Part shown: positions 58,539 through 64,000 of the stretch, piece by piece | Position numbering within the stretch: the first letter of the stretch is position 1 | Layout: every line of letters starts with the position of its first letter | Assembly: GCA_046597065.1 (NCBI GenBank) | Contig: JBKJLI010000003.1 | Coordinates: 290,841 to 354,840 of the forward strand | Direction: 5' to 3' | Length of the DNA stretch: 64,000 bases | From: Candidatus Saccharimonadia bacterium | GTDB taxonomy: Bacteria; Patescibacteriota; Saccharimonadia; UBA4664; SCTI01 | Made by a program: the position numbers and the translations under genes | The notes under the pieces: generated by a model | Told to the model about the DNA's origin: nothing | What the model saw: only the letters and a program-made list of their open reading frames with translations | The model's database searches: none

Positions 58539-59726
58539 ATGCAAGAGCCAACATCAGAGCGGTCGAACCGCCGATCGCCCAAACTACTATTATCTGTAGC
58601 AGCATTACTGCTATTTGGTTTTTTGGTTGGGCAGATGGCTCCTACACTGGTACCAGCCAACTGGAAGGCGGCTAACAATCGCCTAGAATCATCGGATCTT
58701 AATGATCTTTACAGCTTACTGCAGCGTAAGTTTGATGGTGGTGTCGACCATCAGAAAGCTGTCGATGGCGCAAAATCTGGTTTGGTTTCGGGCGCTGGAG
58801 ATCCATACACCGTCTTTTTGGATGCCAAATCAGCCAAAGCCCTTACCGACCAGTTGAGTGGAACTTTATCTGGCATCGGTGCTGAAGTGGGGATAAAGAA
58901 TAACCACTTAACCGTGATTTCGCCAATAAGTGGTTCACCAGCAGAGCGAGCGGGCTTAAAGGCGGGGGATATTATCGCCAAAATTGACGGTAACGATACT
59001 AGCAATTTGCTGTTGGATGAGGCGGTTAGTAAAATTCGTGGCCAAAAGGGCACCGAAGTGACACTAAAAGTTGTGCGTGGAAACACCGACGCCATCGACA
59101 TTAAGGTAACTCGCGACGTCATTACAGTACCGAGCGTTAAATCGAGCCTTAAGACCGGCAATATTGGCTATATCCAGATATCTCAGTTTGGAAACGATAC
59201 TTCAGAAAAGGTGGCTGCTGCTGCCGCTGGGCTTAAAAATCAGGGCGCTGAAAAGATTATTTTAGACCTGCGCAACAACCCGGGAGGGTTCTTAGATAGC
59301 GCCGTTATGGTTTCTAGCCAGTTTATGCGCGAAGGCAAAGTAGTGGTAGAAGAGCGTCGTAATGGTAAAACAACCGAGAAGCTACAAACTCGATCCGGGG
59401 GTAGCTTGATTGGACTGCCGATGGTCGTGTTGATAAACAGCGGCAGTGCTTCGGCCAGCGAGATTGTAGCCGGTGCACTAAAAGATAACGGCGCAGCCAA
59501 ACTGATTGGCGAAAAAAGTTTTGGAAAGGGTAGCGTTCAAGAAGTTATTAACTTAGGCGGTGGCGCACAGCTTAAGGTTACAGTGGCCCACTGGTTTACG
59601 CCTAGCGGTAGGGGAATCGATAAGATTGGTATAACACCGGATATTGAAGTTAAGCAGGATCAGGCCGATTATAACGCCGACCGTGATCCACAGCTGGATC
59701 GTGCGATCCAAGAACTTTCTAAGTAA
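58539..59726 (+). CDS. ctpA: S41 C-terminal processing protease
   Basis: PDZ, DLRNNPGG, SASASEI, FGKGSVQ. Confidence 0.92.
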   Translation: MQEPTSERSNRRSPKLLLSVAALLLFGFLVGQMAPTLVPANWKAANNRLESSDLNDLYSLLQRKFDGGVDHQKAVDGAKSGLVSGAGDPYTVFLDAKSAKALTDQLSGTLSGIGAEVGIKNNHLTVISPISGSPAERAGLKAGDIIAKIDGNDTSNLLLDEAVSKIRGQKGTEVTLKVVRGNTDAIDIKVTRDVITVPSVKSSLKTGNIGYIQISQFGNDTSEKVAAAAAGLKNQGAEKIILDLRNNPGGFLDSAVMVSSQFMREGKVVVEERRNGKTTEKLQTRSGGSLIGLPMVVLINSGSASASEIVAGALKDNGAAKLIGEKSFGKGSVQEVINLGGGAQLKVTVAHWFTPSGRGIDKIGITPDIEVKQDQADYNADRDPQLDRAIQELSK

Positions 59727-60183
59727 CGCTCACTAGCTGTGAGCATTTCTGGCAAACTCCGGTGACTAAAATTTGTGAGGATGTGTGTCGGTAACCTCGC
59801 CGGACCGTCAATCTATTAACTGCTGAAATAATAGACTTATCTTGGAAATTACGGACCGACCCGCAATTTTTACAACCGATCACTTGTTCATTTATCTTAA
59901 AAACTTGATTAAGCGATGTATGGACTCTGTCGTTAACTACCATCGATGAAGTGATCCCGGCTTTTTCTAGCGCCTTCAGGTTGGAGTATGTGGTTTTTTG
60001 AGGTATCCCATGGGACAGATGCAACTCCTTGGCTAACTTGGCGCGGTTTTTTTGAACATGTTGGCTCAGCAGCTTAAGAAGCCTTGCTTTAGCGACAGTT
60101 AATCTTAAGCCCCTTGAGTTCAGTACTAGACGTAGAATATCATCCGTTTCATTATGGGCTAGTTGGTTGATGTCTTTTAGCAT
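59719..60183 (-). CDS. Fur-family-like transcription regulator, degenerate metal site
   Basis: GLRLT...LL, T.Y.NL..L...GI, CKNCG and CQKC; His cluster absent. Confidence 0.75.
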   Translation of the reverse strand: MLKDINQLAHNETDDILRLVLNSRGLRLTVAKARLLKLLSQHVQKNRAKLAKELHLSHGIPQKTTYSNLKALEKAGITSSMVVNDRVHTSLNQVFKINEQVIGCKNCGSVRNFQDKSIISAVNRLTVRRGYRHTSSQILVTGVCQKCSQLVSVT

Positions 60184-60221
60184 ACTATTTGTTTATTAAC
60201 AGAAACTTACGTTAATTGGTC

Positions 60222-60246
60222 CTTACCGTAATAAACTTACGATAAG
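60222..60246. promoter_or_regulatory. Palindromic operator upstream of the Fur-like gene
   Basis: CTTACCGTAA-taaac-TTACGATAAG, arms differ from the mreB site by one base. Confidence 0.7.
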
Positions 60247-60341
60247 CGATAACATCAAGATTTAGCACGTACCAATATAGGCGATATAAAAAATGCGCCT
60301 GTATTTTGGGAGAAATTAATTCAGAGCGGGAGGGAAAATTT

Positions 60342-60614
60342 CTACTTAACGTTTACGTGGGTTCGTTTAACCTTGGAACCTGTAAACTTGGTGATTTTTT
60401 TTTCGGTGAACTCTACCACCCCAGAAACTACCGAGTAGATTGTGTGATCTTTGCCCACGCGAGTGCCAATACCTGGCTCCATGCGCGTACCACGCTGGCG
60501 CACGATAATTGCACCTGGCTGCACTAACTCGCCGCCAAACAGCTTAACACCAAGCCGCTGACCTGCTGAATCGTGAACGTTTTTAGTTGTACCGCCGGCT
60601 TTTGTCTTCGACAT
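60342..60614 (-). CDS. rpmA: 50S ribosomal protein bL27
   Basis: K.GG.TKN..DS...RLGVK.FGG, IIVRQRGT, GKDHT. Confidence 0.96.
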   Translation of the reverse strand: MSKTKAGGTTKNVHDSAGQRLGVKLFGGELVQPGAIIVRQRGTRMEPGIGTRVGKDHTIYSVVSGVVEFTEKKITKFTGSKVKRTHVNVK

Positions 60615-60620
60615 TTATGA

Positions 60621-61757
60621 TTACTTCTTCTTAAGCACTAGGATTTGGCGACCCACAAACTGGTTGGGCCTTCTGTATACTAACGCACGACTTTCGACGT
60701 GCGTAAACCGTTTTAAACTATACCCCAGATCTGATAATTGGTCAATAAGACCTAGCTCAGCCCAACCCTTAGGAGTCCTCCAAACCGGGGCGGTAATGGT
60801 AACCTCAGAGTTGGTTTTAAGCTGCCAGGCAAAATTAACTAAACAGTCCGAATAAAGCTTAAGTAACACAGGTTGGAACTTAGAAATATCTGCTGGTGTG
60901 GCCAGCCGGCTAAAATTTTGCCCCAAGTAGCCTTCACTGACGACCGCTAACTCATCTGTTGGAAGTTTAACGTTGCGAGCATCGGCCCGGTTAACGCTCC
61001 ACGGCTTTAGGCCCGGCCGTTTTGCCGCTAACCACGCCATGTTTTCTTTACTGGCCGCCACCATTTCGGGAGATAAATCACTTCCGCAAGAGCTGCGATG
61101 TAACAGTAAGGCTTCTTGCAATAACACTCCGGTGCCGCAAAATGGGTCAAATATCACTGGGGAGGATGTAGTGTTAATCATGATTTGAGCCAATTTGGGT
61201 GGTAGCATCCCAACTTTTGGGTTACGGGCAGGTCGTTGGTAGTCACGAATGGCGTACCAGTCTATATCTTGTACCTGTTCGGTAATGCCAACTACCATTT
61301 CAGTATTATTTTGAGCTAACACAAGCTCGAATCCGCGGTTTCCAACCAACCCATTAAACTTTACTTGGGCAGCGCCCAAATTTGTGCCGGTTTGAGGTGA
61401 AACTAAGCGAATTCCACCACGAACCTTTAAGCGCTTCTTTAATGTTAAGCCAACTGATTGCACAAAGCGGTTGGTAGCCCGCACGCCATAAAAACTCAGG
61501 CCAATATTAGTTTTACCGGATTCCCGCAACGGTAGTTCAGCAAGATCGATTGGGGCATGATTTAGATCCTGCGCCGGGCCTCGATAAATAACTCGTGCTA
61601 GTTTTTGCGCGCCACCCAGCGATCCAAGGTCAATCAATTCTGAACTCACCAAAGCAGTATCGCGTCCCCAAGGCATAACAGCCTCAGCGCCAAAACGCGA
61701 TTCTAGCTCTAGCAGCCCCAGTTCGGGTTGCCGCCCCAATATTAATATATAATTCAT
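60621..61757 (-). CDS. Trm11/UPF0020-like SAM-dependent RNA methyltransferase
   Basis: GMLPPKLAQIMIN, DPFCGTG.LL.EA, GSD. Confidence 0.75.
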   Translation of the reverse strand: MNYILILGRQPELGLLELESRFGAEAVMPWGRDTALVSSELIDLGSLGGAQKLARVIYRGPAQDLNHAPIDLAELPLRESGKTNIGLSFYGVRATNRFVQSVGLTLKKRLKVRGGIRLVSPQTGTNLGAAQVKFNGLVGNRGFELVLAQNNTEMVVGITEQVQDIDWYAIRDYQRPARNPKVGMLPPKLAQIMINTTSSPVIFDPFCGTGVLLQEALLLHRSSCGSDLSPEMVAASKENMAWLAAKRPGLKPWSVNRADARNVKLPTDELAVVSEGYLGQNFSRLATPADISKFQPVLLKLYSDCLVNFAWQLKTNSEVTITAPVWRTPKGWAELGLIDQLSDLGYSLKRFTHVESRALVYRRPNQFVGRQILVLKKK

Positions 61758-61862
61758 GGCATAATTGTAGCTTAAACAGTTGATCGATATTTAATCATCA
61801 AAATAGTAATAAGTCAATGATATTACTTCGAGTAGCTTTGATCATCAGCTATACTAATACTC

Positions 61863-63041
61863 ATGGAACCAATCCCCGAAATCGCAATTGGTGTTAAGGC
61901 CTTTTTAAACATCCTCAATGAAACAATGGGGTTTGCTTTCCCGTCGGTGACGATCGAAGGCGAGGTATCGAGCTACAAAGTTAATCAAGGCAAGTGGGTA
62001 TTTTTTGATCTAAAAGATGAAGACGCAACTCTACCATGCTTCATGCCGATTTTTCATCTAAAAGTGCCTTTAGAAGATGGTATGAAAGTTAAGGTTACCG
62101 GTGTCCCCAAAGTTACCAACTGGGGCAAGTTTAGTCTAACTGTTAAAACTGTACAGCTAGCCGGGGAGGGTGAGCTGCGACGAGCTTTTGAGTTGCTTAA
62201 AGCCAAGCTTGAGGCCGAAGGACTGTTTGCCGAAGAGCGTAAACGCCAACTGCCACGCTTTCCGCGCACGATTGGGCTGATAACTTCTGGCGCCTCTGAC
62301 GCCTATGCCGATTTCATTAAAATTCTTGCTACCCGCTGGGGAGGTTTGACGGTACGGCTCGCCGACATCCAGGTACAAGGTGCACCTGCGCCGGGGCAAG
62401 TAGTAAATGCCATCAACTACTTTAACCAACTAGCAACGCCACCGGATGTGCTAGTGATTACGAGAGGTGGGGGAAGCCTAGAAGATCTACAAGCATTTAG
62501 TACCGAGGATGTGGCCCGGGCGGTGGCATCGAGCCGAACCCCCACGATAGTGGGGGTTGGCCACGAACGCGACATCAGTTTGGCCGACTTAGCTGCCGAT
62601 CGACGTGCCGCCACCCCAACCGATGCCGCCCGCTTAGTAGTCCCAGAGCGCCTCGAGGTACTGCAGCAAGTTGACGTCCTAGCTCGTCGTAGTGAGCAGT
62701 TGCTACGTGGCCGGCTGCAGTCCGCCGATATCCGTATTGATCGCCAAGTGGCATTGCTGGAACGCTTTGTACGCCTGCCCGCCACTCAGCTACAACAGTT
62801 AAACGCGCGACTGCTAACTGCCCAAAAACGCAGCGCTGAACGGGCAGGTGAGCGGCTGCGTTCCCTTGAGCGCTTACTGGCCAGCTTTAACCCGCAGGCC
62901 ACCTTAAAGCGCGGCTATGCTATCGTGCGAAGTGGTGATCGGGTGGTGACAAGGCCCGAACAGGTTTCGAGCGGAGACGGCCTCGTGATACAATTGGCGG
63001 CAGGAAAACTAAGCGCAAAGGTGGAAAATGGCAGAGATTAA
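61863..63041 (+). CDS. xseA: Exodeoxyribonuclease VII large subunit
   Basis: OB fold, VQG..A, RGGGS.EDL..F, GVGHE.D, TPT.AA. Confidence 0.96.
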   Translation: MEPIPEIAIGVKAFLNILNETMGFAFPSVTIEGEVSSYKVNQGKWVFFDLKDEDATLPCFMPIFHLKVPLEDGMKVKVTGVPKVTNWGKFSLTVKTVQLAGEGELRRAFELLKAKLEAEGLFAEERKRQLPRFPRTIGLITSGASDAYADFIKILATRWGGLTVRLADIQVQGAPAPGQVVNAINYFNQLATPPDVLVITRGGGSLEDLQAFSTEDVARAVASSRTPTIVGVGHERDISLADLAADRRAATPTDAARLVVPERLEVLQQVDVLARRSEQLLRGRLQSADIRIDRQVALLERFVRLPATQLQQLNARLLTAQKRSAERAGERLRSLERLLASFNPQATLKRGYAIVRSGDRVVTRPEQVSSGDGLVIQLAAGKLSAKVENGRD

Positions 63042-63303
63042 TGATTTTGGAGCGAAGTTAGCCGAGCTCGAGGCCATCACCGAATGGTTTGAATCAGAAG
63101 ATGTCGATTTAAATCAGGCTCTAACTAAGTTCGAGCGGGGAATGAAGCTAGCCGGTGAGCTAAAGGGGGAATTAGGTCAACTTGAAAACCGAGTAGAAAA
63201 GATCAAACAAAAGTTTGACGCTCCTTCGGCCGCCAACGCACCAACTCTGGCAGAACCCAATCCAACTGACGCCGACCCCGAAGATGGTCCAACCCTGTTT
63301 TGA
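63028..63303 (+). CDS. xseB: Exodeoxyribonuclease VII small subunit
   Basis: F...L.ELE.I...E.....L..AL..FE.G..L. Confidence 0.92.
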   Translation: MAEINDFGAKLAELEAITEWFESEDVDLNQALTKFERGMKLAGELKGELGQLENRVEKIKQKFDAPSAANAPTLAEPNPTDADPEDGPTLF

Positions 63304-63779
63304 TCCTATTCTTGCTAGCGGTCTTGTTTCTGGCGGTCGCAGTAGGTGCGTTAGTAGGTGCTCCTTATTTGCCGGCCCGCTACCCCGACATTGAGGCCGC
63401 TTTGGATTTGGCCGAACTTAAAGCCGGCGAAACTTTAATTGATCTGGGCTCGGGCGATGGGCGCGTACTACTTGCGGCTGCAAAGCGTGGCGCTACTGCC
63501 ATTGGCTACGAAGTTAGCCCCGTGCTATTTGTATGGTCATGGTTACGCTGCCTACGCCATGGCCCAAAAATTAAGATCTATTTGCGTGATTATTGGTTAG
63601 TAAAGCTGCCCCAAGCCGATGTTGTTTACACCTTTTTGGCACGTCAGTATGTTAAGCGGCTCAACAAAAAACTAACGGCAGAGATTAAAACTCCAACTAA
63701 ATTGGTTAGCTATGTGTTTGAGCTGCCGCGCGAGATTATCTCTAAAAATCGCAACTGCTTTTTATATCGCTATCCCTGA
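63300..63779 (+). CDS. Membrane-anchored class I SAM-dependent methyltransferase
   Basis: N-terminal TM, GAPYLP, IDLGSGDGR, GYE. Confidence 0.85.
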   Translation: MILFLLAVLFLAVAVGALVGAPYLPARYPDIEAALDLAELKAGETLIDLGSGDGRVLLAAAKRGATAIGYEVSPVLFVWSWLRCLRHGPKIKIYLRDYWLVKLPQADVVYTFLARQYVKRLNKKLTAEIKTPTKLVSYVFELPREIISKNRNCFLYRYP

Positions 63780-63838
63780 TGCTCATCTGATCGTAGCGCT
63801 TGCTGCCAGCCATTAAAACTGCTATAAACATAAGCATA

Positions 63839-64000
63839 ATGCCGCCAACAAACCCCCAGCCATCAAATTTGCCACCCTTGCCTACGCCTAACATGCAATC
63901 GCAAGTCCCTTCAACGCCGCCTCGCCGCCCCAGGGCCAACTTTCATCTAATTTTAACCGTATTCCTTGCAATCGGCATGATACTGTTTGGCGTTATGGCG
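63839..64000 (+). CDS. Pro-rich membrane protein, partial
   Basis: Manual translation MPPTNPQPSNLPPLPTP...RRPRANFHLILTVFLAIGMILFGVMA, open to the window end. Confidence 0.55.
   Translation, partial: MPPTNPQPSNLPPLPTPNMQSQVPSTPPRRPRANFHLILTVFLAIGMILFGVMA

Overview
Mostly housekeeping chromosome of a reduced-genome bacterium, most consistent with Patescibacteria/Saccharibacteria (inferred from the gene content: translation, Sec, cell wall and division genes, almost no metabolism, rpsB-tsf-frr-uppS-rseP without pyrH/cdsA/dxr). Genes include priA (partial), secDF, recJ, hisS, rpsU-yqeY-ybeY-dgkA-adk-map, ftsA/ftsZ, nrdR-nrdJ, ileS, rodA, parAB, prfA-prmC, mreBCD-mrdA, greA, class I lysS, serS, hpf, secA, prfB, ftsEX-CHAP-ctpA and xseAB. 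No rRNA, canonical tRNA, CRISPR array or transposase was recognised. The most interesting signals are regulatory. (1) About 18 housekeeping genes have a -10 hexamer 6-10 nt before the start codon and no clear SD, which suggests pervasive leaderless mRNAs. (2) A near-identical 10-5-10 palindrome lies upstream of both mreBCD-mrdA and a Fur-fold regulator lacking the His metal motif. (3) Several GC-rich stand-alone cassettes (orphan ORFs, nrdJ, a Cys-rich secreted protein) have SD sequences and long hairpin-array UTRs. (4) There are riboswitch/attenuator-like leaders at rpf and greA. (5) There are two tandem pairs of orphan paralogs, one resembling MbcA/ParS antitoxin domains. All calls come from reading the sequence by eye; no searches were run.
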